Assembly (NCBI RefSeq): GCF_006345805.1
Contig: NC_042999.1
Location: forward strand, 7,440,001-7,504,000
Direction: 5' to 3'
DNA: 64,000 bases
From: Octopus sinensis
Taxonomy: Eukaryota
Under the pieces are notes generated by a model. It worked only from the letters and a program-made list of their open reading frames with translations, was not told the origin of the DNA and did no database searches. Below, piece by piece: positions 28,603 to 41,906 of the stretch. The translations under genes were made by a program, and so were the position numbers. Position 1 is the first letter of the stretch, and each line of letters opens with the position of its first letter.

Positions 28603-29451
28603 ATGAAAATAACAAACTCGGCATCTGAACAACTTTGGACCCCCATAACAACTGAAGAGGTCACCCAGGCACTGCAAAAACTAAGCAACTGGAAGGCACC
28701 TGGGCATGACAAGATCCCCAACTTCTGGTTGAAATATCTAACAGGAATGCACAAAAAGCTGGCTGAAAACTTTAACAGCATACTAGCAGAGCCAGAGACA
28801 ATGCCTGAATGGCTCACGAAGGGGAAAACCATCTTAATTCCCAAATCAAATGAAACAACAAAACCATAAAACTACAGACCAATAACCTGCCTCCCTACTA
28901 TGTTCAAGGCATTTACTGCAGTGATATCGCAAAGGCTGAACAAGCACCTGGACGAAAACAAACTGTTCCCAGAAGAGCAGAAAGGATGCCGCAAGGGCTC
29001 ATATGGCTGTAAAGATCAAATAATGATTAATAAAGCCGTAACTGAAGACAGCCACAGAAAGAAGAAAGGCCTCAGTATGGCCTGGATTGACTACAAAAAG
29101 GCGTTTGATAGCATCCCCCACACATGGATCCTCGAAACACTAGCCATTAACAAAGTAGCACCAACAATCATAAAATTCATAGAGCACTCTATGAATAAAT
29201 GGCAAACAGTCCTACACCTCCAAACAAAAGAGGGACTCATGAAAACCAAAGACATCCCCATTAGAAGAGGAATATTCCAGGGAGACACGCTCTCTCCACT
29301 CTTTTTCTGCTTGGCACTGTCACCTCTATCTGATATGCTAAATAGAACTGGATGCGGATATAAATGTTACGGCAAAACGATCAGCCACCTTTTATATATG
29401 GATGACCTAAAACTATACGCTGCAAATGACAAACAGCTGGAAAACTATTAA
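28603..29451 (+). pseudogene. Reverse transcriptase domain of the R4/Dong-like element (disrupted)
   Basis: KAPGHDKIPNFWLK, P*NYRPITCL, EQKGC, AWIDYKKAFDSIPH, RGIFQGDTLSPL, YMDDLKLYA; in-frame stop near 28867 and frameshifts. Confidence 0.9.
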
Positions 29452-30172
29452 AGACAGTTCATGGATTTACCAAAGAAATAGATATGAAATTTGGATTAGA
29501 AAATGCGCCAAAGTAACCATGAAAAGAGGAAAACTAGTTAAGAGTAACAACATCACACTAGATAAAACCAATGAAATAAAAGAATTAGACCAAAGCCAAA
29601 CTTACAATACTTAGGAATCTATGAACTAGATAAGACACAACACACACAAATGAATGAGAAAATAAAAAAAGAATATTATAGACGAGTTAGATCAATACTA
29701 AAAACAGAGCTCAATGCTAAAAACAAGATAATAGGTATCAACACTTTAGCTGTCCCAGTTATAAGTTACAGCTACAATATCCTTAACTGGACACGAAATG
29801 AACTGTCCAAAATAGATAGGAAAACAAGAAAAATACTGACAGGATCTAGGATGCATCACCCAAAATCTGACATAGAAAGACTATATATACAACGTATAGA
29901 AGGTGGTAGAGGCCTTATACAGCTGGAAAACTACTATAAAATAACCACCATAGGACTGCAAAAATACCTACTTCAGAAGGAAGGAAAACTGATCCAGATA
30001 GCAGCAAAACACGAGCAAAACAAAAAACTGTTCTCAGTATTTAAGGAAGCTGACAAATACAAACAAGAAATCATACCACCTAATAAACACAAAGAAGAAG
30101 AAGAGATGATGAAGAAACAACAAAAGCTATAAAACAAATGAAATCCAACTAAAAATAGAACAGCAACGAGCC

Positions 30173-30949
30173 ATGATAAAACGATGGCAAGAAAAACCCC
30201 TTCATGGTAAATACTGCACTAAACTAAACGCAAAAGAAATAGACAAAGAAAAATCCCAGCAATGGTTGAGAAGCTCAGGACTCAAAGCAGAAACAGAGGG
30301 ATTTTTAATTGCAGCACAAGACCAAAGCCTCCCCACCAGAAATTACCAAAAACATGTAATGAAAAGAAATATTACAAGTAATTGCAGAATATGTGGAGAT
30401 GGACAAGAAACAATAAATCATGTTATCTCTAGCTGCCCAGTCCTGGCTAAGAAGGAATATATTCACAGACATGACAGAGTTGGAACCTACATACATTGGA
30501 AGCTATGCCAACATTATGGAATAATAACAGAAAAAAGATGGTATAGGCACACACCAGAAAAGGTCACAGAAAACGAGAAAGCAACCATACTCTGGGATAT
30601 GCCGATACACACAGATAGAGAAATTAATGCCAACAGACCAGATATAGTTGTCAGAGATCATGAAGAAAAAAAATGCTTTCTAATTGATGTATCAATACCG
30701 GCTGATGACAACGTGCCTCTAAAAGAAATGGAGAAACTCTCAAAATACAAAGACCTGGAAATAGAGGTAACTAGAATGTGGAACCTGAAAACAGAAACAA
30801 TTCCTATCATAGGTGCATTAGGCATGATAAAAAAATATTCAGACAAATACATAACAAAAACACCAGGACTTACAAACACATATAACATACAGAAAATTGC
30901 ACTACTAGGCACTGCACACATCCTACGCAGAACACTTTCCATACAATAA
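30173..30949 (+). CDS. C-terminal CCHC zinc knuckle and restriction-like endonuclease ORF of the R4/Dong-like element (fragment of a disrupted ORF)
   Basis: CRICGDGQETINHVISSC, RHDRV, RPDIVVRD, IDVSIP, EKLSKYKDL. Confidence 0.85.
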   Translation: MIKRWQEKPLHGKYCTKLNAKEIDKEKSQQWLRSSGLKAETEGFLIAAQDQSLPTRNYQKHVMKRNITSNCRICGDGQETINHVISSCPVLAKKEYIHRHDRVGTYIHWKLCQHYGIITEKRWYRHTPEKVTENEKATILWDMPIHTDREINANRPDIVVRDHEEKKCFLIDVSIPADDNVPLKEMEKLSKYKDLEIEVTRMWNLKTETIPIIGALGMIKKYSDKYITKTPGLTNTYNIQKIALLGTAHILRRTLSIQ

Positions 30950-31586
30950 CCATCAGAGCATCACAACAAATCACAGCACATACCTAAGGCACACAGAGCT
31001 GCGCTCGGTAGTGAAGTGAAAGCACGCTATAAAAATAAAACTACTGAAAAAAAAAAAAAAATAATAATAATAACAAAAACATCTAATGGGTTACTCGACC
31101 AGAAGAAAATTCTAACTGGGCTCCACCTGCAAGGTCATGCGCTGTTTATTTTGATATGAGATCACCATGTTGCGCACATATGGTTGTGATGCATGTGCCT
31201 AGTGTACCCTTATCAGACGGGTAGTCCTGATGGGTATACTGGGCTTCGTATATTTTACCCCAGTGTCACTTTGATGGCATGCACTGCTCTCGCAATAATA
31301 ATAACATCTAAAAATACCTTAGGAATGAGAACCCAAGTTCGAAATTTCCCCAAGGCTGGAGGGTATATCAGCCGAAACGTTGTGTTAACAACAAACAAGA
31401 TGAGGACAAATATCCGTCAAATGTAAATAATGTAAATGAAACGTGTATATATGATGTACCAGGCTTTGGGTATATGTTAATAACCATTTCAAATCCCACA
31501 AATTAGTCGTTATATATTCAGAGCTCTCTATAAATAAACACATACACAATAATATACAGGAGAGAATATACATAAAAATGTGTATA

Positions 31587-32440
31587 CGTGGGCTGATCAA
31601 TAAGTATCCGGACTACGGCCATAGTAACGAAGCTAAAGCACTCAGAGTAAAGATGCTAGGCACAGATTGATATTGAACTATGTTGTGCATGCGCACAAGG
31701 TTTTAATGCTGTAGTTAACTTTCGTTGTTTACAGCAGTGCTGGGAAGGAAGGTGTGTAGCATGTGATCGTCGCAGTGACCATGACAGAGAAGGATGAGCA
31801 GAGAATCTGCATCAAGTTTTGCCAAAAGCTTGGCGATACCTGCTCAGAGGCCTACGCAAGGTTTTCAAAAACTTTCCAAAAACAATCAAGGAGATCTTGT
31901 GCAGCCGAAACCCGAGTGTCTTCTTAGTCAGCTGAAATCAGTTTTGGCACAAACTTGGCAGACACGCGTCTCATACCCAAATCTTCAGTGATAATGGACT
32001 GAACCGAACCGTAACTAATCTGCCGATCCACTGGTAAATCCCGGATTGTGATTTTATGATTTCCCCTCACAACTGCATGCACATCTGCGATGTTTTTCTC
32101 AGTTCTGCCGGTTGCGGATCTCTCATTTTTACGGCCATCTTGGAAACGTCTGAACTACTCGTACACTTGGGTGCGACACACACACACTCCTCTTCATACA
32201 CTTTCTGTAACTTTGTACTGGCCTCTGAGCAGGTATCACCATGACAACTTTCTCTGTCATGGTCAATGTGACGATCACACACTACACACCTTCCTTCCAA
32301 GCACTGCTGTAAACAGTGGAAGTGAGCTAGGACGTTAAAACGTAGTGCTGAAGGTTGCTTTTTGCCCAGCAGCTTCACTCTGTGTGCTTTAACTTTGCTA
32401 CTATGGCAACAGTTCGGATACTTATTGATCAGACCTCGAA
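31587..32440. mobile_element. Mariner derivative made of two inverted left ends
   Basis: TIRs CGTGGGCTGATCAATAAGTATCCGGACT / AGTTCGGATACTTATTGATCAGACCTCG; both arms carry the 5' leader and transposase start (MTEKDEQRICIKFCQKLG on plus). Confidence 0.8.
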
Positions 32441-32549
32441 TATTTTCCTTTAGCTACCTAAATGACGTTGAAACCAGCTGCCATCGCCTGTAACAAATCA
32501 CTGGCAAAATTGCTTGATGTATGGTACGTAGCCAAAGCGTTAGGAGTGG

Positions 32550-32930
32550 GGTTGCGACACTTGTCACATATATATGGATTTTAGTAAGACTTTTCGCAGA
32601 TTCGACAACAGTTTTCTTTTGAAACGACCACCGAACGTTAGGGAGTCGGGATCTGTGAAAGAAATATTGCACTGGTTTAAGATGTCTTGTTGTAAGCGGT
32701 ACCAAACAGGCCGTAATCGATGTAAGCACTTAAGATCATACGAATTCAATTGTGCTATCCCACAATGCACTTTGTTAGATCCACCAATATCTATCATTTA
32801 CATCAATGGTATCATGAAAATTATCAAGCACATCACGGTAAAAGATTTTCCGGATGAACCTAAGTTTCAGAGAATTACAAACGGCATAGGTGACGGGGTG
32901 AAAACCCGATCCGATTTACAAGGTAGAACA
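32550..32930 (+). pseudogene. Highly decayed CR1-like RT fragment
   Basis: MDFSKTFRRFD...IPQCTLLDPPISIIYINGI...KDFPDEPKFQR, resembling DFSKAFD / GVPQG / FADD. Confidence 0.65.
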
Positions 32931-32985
32931 AAACAAAATGTTAACTGTGATAGTATGTTAGTCCCACGAAAGGGAAGACTGTTAT

Positions 32986-33301
32986 TGTTATTTAGCCCTA
33001 GGAAACACCGTTTCCTGTTGGGCTTGACACATTTCCTGTGTCCTTGTGTTTTCAAAGTGGAAATAAGTACCTCCACCCAGCAAAGCCATCATCCAGAGAC
33101 TAGTTTCAGAGTCCTTGCTCCTCATCAGTCTGGAGTAGCATGGCTTGCTAGCTGTTGATGCTTTTGAAAACATATATATTTCAAGTGAAATACATTCACT
33201 GATTTTTGCTGGGTGGAGGTGCTTATCTCCACTTTGAAAACATAAGGGCAGTAAATGTGTCAAGTACAACAGGAAACGGTGTTTCCTAGGGCTAAATAAC
33301 A
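32986..33301. mobile_element. Foldback element with ~95-bp inverted arms
   Basis: TGTTATTTAGCCCTAGGAAACACCGTTTCCTGTTG...CCACCCAGCAAA / TTTGCTGGGTGG...CAACAGGAAACGGTGTTTCCTAGGGCTAAATAACA. Confidence 0.85.
33092..33134 (-). ncRNA. Intact minimal type I hammerhead
   Basis: Minus strand reads TCCAGA-CTGATGA-GGAG[caagga]CTCT-GAAAC-TA-GTC-TCTGGA; 6-bp stem I, palindromic stem III (ACTAGT), GUC site. Confidence 0.85.
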
Positions 33302-33590
33302 TCCACAGACGAAGTTGATTAGATTTATACCGTTGGACCAAAAGAATATTCGAGGAATTTAAAAATTAAAACAGCCACCAAGTTAAAACACAAGTTAGAT
33401 ACTTGTGGGAGTACATGGAAAAAATATATTCAGTTGTGGAAATCAGCAGCCCACTTGACACCAATGTGGTTAGAAAAGTACAAGGAAAAATCGATATCGA
33501 TGGACCCTTGATAAGGTGTTTCCAAATCCATTACTCAGCAAACAACTCCCCCTTCATACAAATTATCATTAGAGCAACCGGGTACATACC

Positions 33591-34012
33591 TATTTCTTTA
33601 CTACCCACAAAGGGCTAAACACAGAAGGGACAAACAAGGACAGACAAACGGATTAAGTCGATTTCATCGACCCCAGTGCGTAACTGGTACTTAATTTATC
33701 GATCCCGAAAGGATGAAAGGCAAAGTCGACCTCGGCGGAATTTCAACTCAGAACGTAGCGGCAGATGAAATACCTATTTCTTTACTACCCACAAGGGGCT
33801 AAACACAGAGGAGACAAACAAGGACAGACAAACGGATTAAGTCGATTACATAGACTCCAGTGCGTAACTGGTCCTTAATTTATCGATCCCGAAAGGATGA
33901 AAGGCAAAGTCGACCTCGGCGGAATTTCAACTCAGAACGTAACGGCAGACGAAATACGGCTACGCATTTTGCCTGGGGTGGTAACGTTTCTGCCAGCTCG
34001 CCGCCTTCATCA
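33591..34012 (-). mobile_element. SINE family B dimer with 11-bp TSD
   Basis: GGGTACATACC at 33580-33590 and 34013-34023. Confidence 0.9.
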
Positions 34013-34570
34013 GGGTACATACCAACCAGTCTGGAGCAAAGTATGATTGAACTTGAGTTCTTGGGATCGAATACGAGTTCTTAATTAATACACAACAAAT
34101 GACCATGCTGTCTGAGACTATTCAAACCTGCAAGACCATCTTACGATTTAAATGACGAGGAATAGAACAAGATGGTTCCTTTCAAAATTTTGAGATCAAG
34201 CAGGTGGCTGGTCAGAATTAACTCAAAATTTCAAAGAAATAAAAGAACGTACAATTACATAAAAGCTGGAAATAAAACTTAATAATACACACACACACAG
34301 GCTATATATTTATATATATACAATCACATAGACATGTATGTATGTATGTATAAATGAATGATAAATTAGAGATCTACGAATGAAAAGCCGGAGTACGAGG
34401 GAGATGCGGGAAATAAATATTTGACAAGCAAAAGTGAGCAAATTGAATGAGTGATTGGATGTATGGTAGATAAACAGATAATCGATAAGTACAAATGAGT
34501 GAAAGAAAGAGGCGGCATGTCAGTTTGAGAGACCCACATGCATATACACACACTCACACATACTTATATG

Positions 34571-34631
<61 letters not shown>

Positions 34632-36669
34632 CATATACATGTATATACATATATATGTATATATATATATATACATATATATGTGTATATATATGTATAT
34701 ACATATACATATATATACATATATATATGTATATATATATGTGTGTGTGTATGTGTGTGTACCACTGTGCGTGTATGCGGGTGTGTATGCGTGTGAAAGA
34801 TGCAGAAGCGCCTACGAAAGTGGGAGTGTTGTAATGTTAATATTGATGTCTAAAGTAGATCGATATAGTCAATGGACTGAGCGAATGTGGTGAGTCACAG
34901 CAAATTTAAATTCTATCTTAGTCTTTCAGTTTTCAAGACCATATAATCCTATTTGATGGCGTTACATTATTATCTTTGATTCAAACTTAAATGCCGCTGC
35001 ATCTGACAGTCCTCGCCGCGAATTTAAGTATGTGATTCTGCGTCTTGGCTTGTATGCGGCCCCGATGTCAGTGTCGTGTTGTGGTGTGTGTGAGAATGGT
35101 TACTGCTCATATATACATACATACATATTGTGAATATTTGTTTAGAAGTAAAAGTTTAAGAGAACGTGAGAGAGGTGACGGAAAAGAAAGAAAGTATGAG
35201 AGAGGTAGAAAGAGGAAAGAGAGAGAGAGAGTAAGACAGTAAGATGGAAATAGTGGTGGTGGTCGTGGTGGTGGGGTTTAGAGAAGGTGCGCAGAAACAG
35301 GATGAATGAAATTGAAGTGGATAAAGAAACGACAGAAAAATCTGGAGTGTTAAAGAGGTTAAAGATTTGATGAGAGATATTAAAATAGAATCGGAAGGAG
35401 AGAATGGAGGAAGAGGAAGGAAGAGAGCGGCAACGATCTTTAGTCTAAAACACATCAAAATGGAGAGAGGAATGAGTGTGTGTTTGAGGGAAGGAGAGAG
35501 ACTGCGAAAAAGCATATTCTGTATATATAGATATATGAATATAATGGAAGAGTGATTTGAAAGTGATCTTTCGGTTTTTGCTTTATTTAAATTTGTTGTT
35601 GTTATTGTTGTTGTTGTTGTTGTTGTTGTTATTGTTTTATTATGTTAATGTTCTTACAGGAAATCTACAGTTAATGGACTGAAAATGCGTGATGGGCCAT
35701 CGGGTTAAGTTAAAGTAGATGCCACCCACTGACGGTCTGAACCAAAGATGGAAGCTGCAGATAGAGCTGAGAAAGGAGAGAGAGAGAGAGAGAGAAAAGA
35801 CACTCAGGGAAGAGCAGCGATTGAGAACGGAGCAGGTTTGGGAATTATAAGAGAATTTATTTCATCCTTATTCGTCCTATTGTTGTTGCTGTTGTTGTTG
35901 TTGATGGTGGTGGTGGTGGTGGCGGTGTTCGTGATGTTATGCGTTTGTGTTAATCACACAATGTGTTATGTCATAATGACATCATTGACTGCTTCGCTTT
36001 CTGGACAATAAATGAGAAATAAAGGCTGTAATTAAATCAGCGATTATCAAACAATTATACAGAGTCTTGGTGTCCGGGACGCAGTACTCCAAAGGGTGGG
36101 GAGCGGGGAGATCCTACATCTAAATTCGTTTTTAAAAGTTTTAGTTTCGGTCGATGTTATCCATGCTGAACCAATTAATCTTTTTTCTGACCAAAATAAT
36201 TCATTCTGTTTCTGAGTTGTCTATGAAAATTATTAGATATTTCTAAAACATATTTCTAATTTTGGCGCAGGCGTGGCAATGTAGTAAGCAGTTTTCTTCC
36301 CAATCACATGGCGCTGTGGGTTCACTTCGGGTTCGAATGTTTTATATTCGTCTTGGAAGGGAAAAAAAATCGAAATAGTATAGAAATCGCAGATCAAGTT
36401 TAGATGGATGGATTTTGTGTTCCTTGATGCGACGTCGCTCTCTCATCGGAAATATCGGTTTATTTTCATTAAGTAAAACTCCACGAGTCTGCAACATTCA
36501 TGTTTTCCTTAACCACACATCAATATTTATTTGTGGTTTTTACTAAGTGTGGTTTTTACTAAGATGGAATTTACGATTTCCACACAAAATATTGGTTTCA
36601 AATTTTCAAATAGACTTAACCCACCACCACCCGAATTTGCTGGCTTTGTGTCAGATATTTTAAATCAAT

Positions 36670-38220
36670 ATTCTATTTAGAGTGGATAGAGATTTAGCTG
36701 AAGTGTCAGGGTTGCTTGTAGATGACGATTGAATGTGGAAACTTAAGGAGGGTTGTATCGTCTGGCTAAGAGTGAGCATTCCTGGACGGAATGGAAAATA
36801 AGTTGGTGTCGTAAAGAGATTAGAAACCGGACCCTGGAACACCTTATTGTTAAGAGATTGTGGGTTATAGGGAGAGAGAATGATCTCTGTCATTCCAAAG
36901 CAGAGTGGCGGATGAAGTTTACTGGCTGGCAGAAATGGCGACAAGGTTTGTATGTTTGACTCAGTCTTGTTATTCCTGGAAGCAATACCACTGCTTTTAA
37001 CAAAGTGTTCAAGGGTGAAAGTTCAGTACCACGCAACATAGGGAGACTGGTCTTTGTAACATCACACTTTATGAAAGCTGTATTGATAGACATGAAGGAG
37101 GAAAAGAAGTTCGTTTTCGTGTTGTTATTGGCAAAGGTCGAGTATATCCCCAAAGAGGGACATGAAGGGGGTTAGGCGACAATAGGCACCGCTAGCTTCG
37201 GGAGACATTTTTTAGAATTAACAAAATGAACATTTTCTGGGCTCATAGATTCGTTTAGAGTAATTGTTGGTATTTTCGTGGGTGACCTGTATAGGGTGTT
37301 CTGTCATGATTCTGGTGGAGTGGAGATGGCAGCTTAGGAAATGGTTTCGCTGGAATGTTCCATGTGGAACATGATTTATAGCGAGAGGTAATGTCGGGGC
37401 CCTAAATCTGATGGAGTTTAGATGACAAGATCACCATGGTTTAGAAGCGGAGGAAAGGCGGTTTCTAAAATTTTTTTAGGAATCCAAATGTTACGGAACC
37501 AAAAAGACTGACAGCCGTTTAGAAATGAGATATTTGAAACTCTGTAAATCACAGACAGATCTATTGTAACTTAGATATTGGCCAGACATGAATTTCGGTG
37601 AACAATAAATGCCATTTATAGGAATGCAGGATTGTGGTTTATTTTTCTCTATTCATTCTTCCCCTGAACTGTTGCCAAGATGACTGAACTACATGTGAGA
37701 TTTTCTGCTGCAGTTATCTGTTAATTCAACTTTATGATGTTTAGGTTAATTACCGATGAAATATATTTCTAAGGAATATGTACCATAGAATCAGACAGCT
37801 AACGGGAAGTAGCTCAGAGTGTAAGACATAATGGTAGTGCTGTGTCGTATCTGAAGGTAGTGACTGCACGATTCCATCGACAAAATTGCCGTGATATCTG
37901 ATGTAGAGGTTGTGGTTGTAGGAGGGAAAACATGAGGATCATTGGAAAATCTGCGAGTCGAGAAAGTAGTTGAAAGATATTGTCTCTACACCAACGATAT
38001 TAATATGGAATGAACGTAGCATCGTATAAGTGGTGTCGGTAATGATAGCACCGACAATGATAATTTCTGGGCGGGGTGGAGTAATATACGTGTTCTTGGT
38101 GACGGAAGAGATGTAGTGGAAATGGCGATGGTGAATGTAGCAATTCTCAGAGTATCAGTGGGAGTAGATGTATTTAGATGTACGAGGGAGAGTCAGGGCG
38201 ATTTGGATGTCTATGTGGAT
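36670..38220 (-). pseudogene. Very decayed APE/RT LINE remnant (I/Nimb-like?)
   Basis: Scattered minus-strand motifs PGYYPHR, PMLR, AVVLLP, ASKL, LSPY in the expected order. Confidence 0.4.
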
Positions 38221-39399
38221 AATATCCAGGTGAGAGAGAGAGAAGGAGGGGGAGGGAGATAGAGGGAGAGGGAGGGGGAGAGAGGGAGAGGTAGGACGAG
38301 AAAAGGAGAGAGAGAAGGAGAGGCAGCGGGAGGGGGAGCGAGGGGGAGAGTAGAGAAGTGAGAGGGAGGGTTACAGGGAGAGGGAGAGGGGAGAGAGAGT
38401 AGAGAAGGGAGAGGGAGGGGAGACAGGGAGAGGGAGAGATAGAAGGAGAGGGAGTGAGAGAGAAGGAGAGGGAGAAAGAGAGAGGTAGAGGGAGGGAGAG
38501 AGAAAAGGAGAGGGAAGGAGAGAGAAGGATAGGGAGGGAGATAGAAGAGAGGAGAGAGGGAGAGATGGAGGGAGAGGGAGGGAGAGAGAGAGACAGAGAG
38601 GAGTAAGGAACGTTCATACGCAATGAAACTACCTTTAAGGGTCAAGTTCGAGTAAAGAGTGTAGTTTTGAAGCAGTAGATATGGAATATAGAGATTGAGA
38701 GGTTAGAAAGATTTGAATCTCGCTGTGTAATAGGTTCGTTAGTTAGACGTAGTGTGAAAGGCTGGCCGGAATCTTGGGATCTGAGTGCATGAATATTAGA
38801 AAAGAGGCAGAAAATTGTGTAAGCGAATATATTTTCGATTTGGACATGTAATTATATAGAAAGAGCATTTGTACAACGGAGTTACCTCTGTGAAAGACAA
38901 CCCAGGTCAAGCAGGTAGTGTCAAAGAAGATCACGTAATGTGCGCATTTCCCTTCGATCACTAAATATAAAGTATAATCATTGGTTTAATTCTAGGACGG
39001 TGCAATAACAGAGACTTGGAATGTCGTGTTGTATGCATTAGGAAAGAATATTGGCATTTTATATCTTATTGATCACCGTTATTGTATAAAGATCGATTGA
39101 GGAGATTGCATACAGAATGGTTATCTTTGTGAAAACGTTGGTGCTGATATCACACAACATTATCTCCATATTAAAGCCAAGGCGGTTTCAATATTTGATA
39201 GGGCAAGAAAATATTAACATGTGTTACTAACATGTCTTTGAAAGAAACGTGGCTTTGTGGTAAGAAGATTCCTTCTCAACGGCATGGCACCGGGTTGAGA
39301 CTCAATGCGATGTAGTTTGGGCAAGTATCTTCTACTATAGCCTCAGACCGAATAAAGCATCGTCAGTGGATTTGGTAGACAGAAATGAAAAGAAGCCTG

Positions 39400-39451
<52 letters not shown>

Positions 39452-39453
<2 letters not shown>

Positions 39454-39642
39454 CCATGATAGATCGCTAGCCGCTACATATTCTTTATTTTCTCTCCTTG
39501 ATTCTTTCTGTGTTCCTTTTTGTGGGAGAGCGTAGGCTCGAAACGTTAAAGACTTTTTCACTTCCCGAGCATTATACTAATACATTTGTTTGTTGTCTAC
39601 ACCCACCCCTGTCTTCGTCTTTTGATTTTTTTTGTGAATTAT

Positions 39643-39645
<3 letters not shown>
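39452..39645 (+). mobile_element. Small TA-flanked PLE-like element with decayed hammerhead core
   Basis: TTTTTGTGGGAGAGCGTAGGCTCGAAACGTTAAAGAC; (TA)n on both sides; homologous to 6071-6258. Confidence 0.6.
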
Positions 39646-39721
<76 letters not shown>

Positions 39722-40120
39722 TAAGAAAGATGTACAGGTGACAACTTAATAGAGACACTTATAAAGTGACTCCTTTAATTGATTAATGAAAACATTCCAT
39801 CATTACAAAGGAACCGTTTTCGTCAGATGACTGCATAGACTTCAAACACAAAGGACCAACCAGCTGCTTTGATATATTCATATCACCAACTGAATCTCAA
39901 ACATTTACGTTGATTCTGCTGATGTTTCTTTGGCAGAATAAATTTAGAAAATAGTCTGTGTAGTGTCGAAACTACAGAGATTTAGGGGTTAGTAGCAGTG
40001 CTGGTGGTGGGGGGGATGGAAATACTTCTGCACAGAGTTTGATATTCACTTAGTATTGATTTGCTACTTCAATTTAAGTGCCTAATTCAACTGAATCTTA
40101 ATATATATATATAATATATA

Positions 40121-40163
<43 letters not shown>

Positions 40164-40171
40164 GATATAGT

Positions 40172-40482
40172 GATTAATGAAATTCCAACTTGGTCTGATT
40201 TTCACGTTTTATTGTTTGCAATTTTTACAATTTTTACAATTTTCAATATTGAAGTAAACTAGTACTTTCATGTTTTACTCAATCATCAGGTGTTTCTAGT
40301 GACAGTCGTATCCCATAATTCACATCTGTGACAGTAGTCAATTGTGGAACACGACTATCACTACGTAAAACTCGTGAATGCGTAACCCATGAAAGTTCTA
40401 CTTTATTTCATTATTGTAAAATTGTAAAATTGTAAACATTGCGAATAATAAAACGTGAAAATCAGACCAATTTCATTGATTG
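40172..40482. mobile_element. Near-complete palindromic foldback element with hammerhead-like motifs in both arms
   Basis: Arms pair almost to the centre (~19-nt loop); left arm on minus CTGATGA...CATGAAAGTACTA-GTTTAC; right arm CTCGTGA-ATGCGTAACCCAT-GAAAGTTCTA. Confidence 0.7.
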
Positions 40483-40571
40483 ATATATTCTACTATACAC
40501 AATCATACAAAGTCATATATATATGATTTTTTTGTGTATGTATGTATAAATATATATATGTACATATGAAT

Positions 40572-40606
<35 letters not shown>

Positions 40607-40928
40607 CGTATATGTGTGTGTGTCTTTGTGACTATGTTTGTCCTCCACCACTGCTTGACAATCGATGTTGGTGTGTTTACATCCCTATAACTTAGTGGCT
40701 GTCGGAAGAGACCGATAGGATAAAAACCAGTTTTTAAAAAAATAAAAGAATGAGTGCTGGAGTCGGTGCATTCGATTAAAACATTCTTCAAGTTTGTGCA
40801 CCAGCATGGCCGCGGTGCAATGACGGAAAAAAGTAAAAGATAAAAAAGAAAAGATTACATAATCCCATAAAGCCACATATTACGGATGTAAAGATATGCA
40901 CCTATTCCAGAATTCTATTAATATGCTT

Positions 40929-40963
<35 letters not shown>

Positions 40964-41579
40964 AAGAGAGGCGAATGTTACACAATCGTTTCTGTGAATA
41001 TAATTATGAGGCTTTTGTGATTGTGTTATAAAAAACGAAAACCTACTTCGATAATTCTTTCTTTTTCTTTTTTTTTTTTTTTATTTCAGTGACAATGTTA
41101 TCAGATAAGTTTCTATGTACGCGTGAGGTTAATGATTGAAATAATAAAATAACAACAATAATAATAATAATAATACAAGGGGGAGTATAACATAGCTGTG
41201 GCAGTAGCAGCAGCAGCAGCAGCGGTAACAGTCGTCGTCGTAGTGGTAGTAGTGGTAGTAGTGGCAGTGGTGGTAATAATGATAGAGCGCGGCAATAAAT
41301 GATAATGTATATATGTATTGTTTAAACTTATAAAGGAAGATTCAATTTCTGTTGAGTGTTTGGTTGGGATTCTCAGAGGAAACGAAAAAAAAAAGAATAG
41401 GATGAGAGGAAAAACAAGGAGAGAAACAAAATAAGTAATAAAATAACAAAAAAAAAATGAAAGATTGAACAACCGAAAAGCGGAGAGATGTATGTGTGTG
41501 TGTGTTTACATACATATGTGTGTGTACATATATGTGTGTGTGAATATATATGTATATAAGTATATATGTATGTATATAC

Positions 41580-41619
<40 letters not shown>

Positions 41620-41692
41620 GTATGCATATATATGTGTGTGTATGTATATATATCTAAATATATATATACATGTACTTATATATGTATGTATG

Positions 41693-41746
<54 letters not shown>

Positions 41747-41817
41747 TATATCTATATAAATATATATATACATGTATATATACATATACTATATATATAT
41801 GAATGTATGTATGTATG

Positions 41818-41849
<32 letters not shown>

Positions 41850-41859
41850 CACACACACA

Positions 41860-41906
<47 letters not shown>

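Larger units (their letters stand above)
27651..31046 (+). mobile_element. R4/Dong-like non-LTR retrotransposon inserted in (AAT)n
   Basis: RT, CCHC and restriction-like endonuclease domains; flanked by (AAT)n at 27608-27650 and an A-run/(AAT)n at ~31047-31072. Confidence 0.9.
27311..31440. mobile_element. Foldback hammerhead/tRNA-promoter element (copy 1), interrupted by an R4/Dong-like LINE
   Basis: Left arm 27311-27517 is the reverse complement of right arm 27599-27650 plus 31294-31440; tRNA-like loop 27518-27598. Confidence 0.8.

Noticed and set aside
39812-39830. Minus-strand CTGACGA-AAAC as a hammerhead
   Set aside because: Stem II is absent; at most a deleted remnant.
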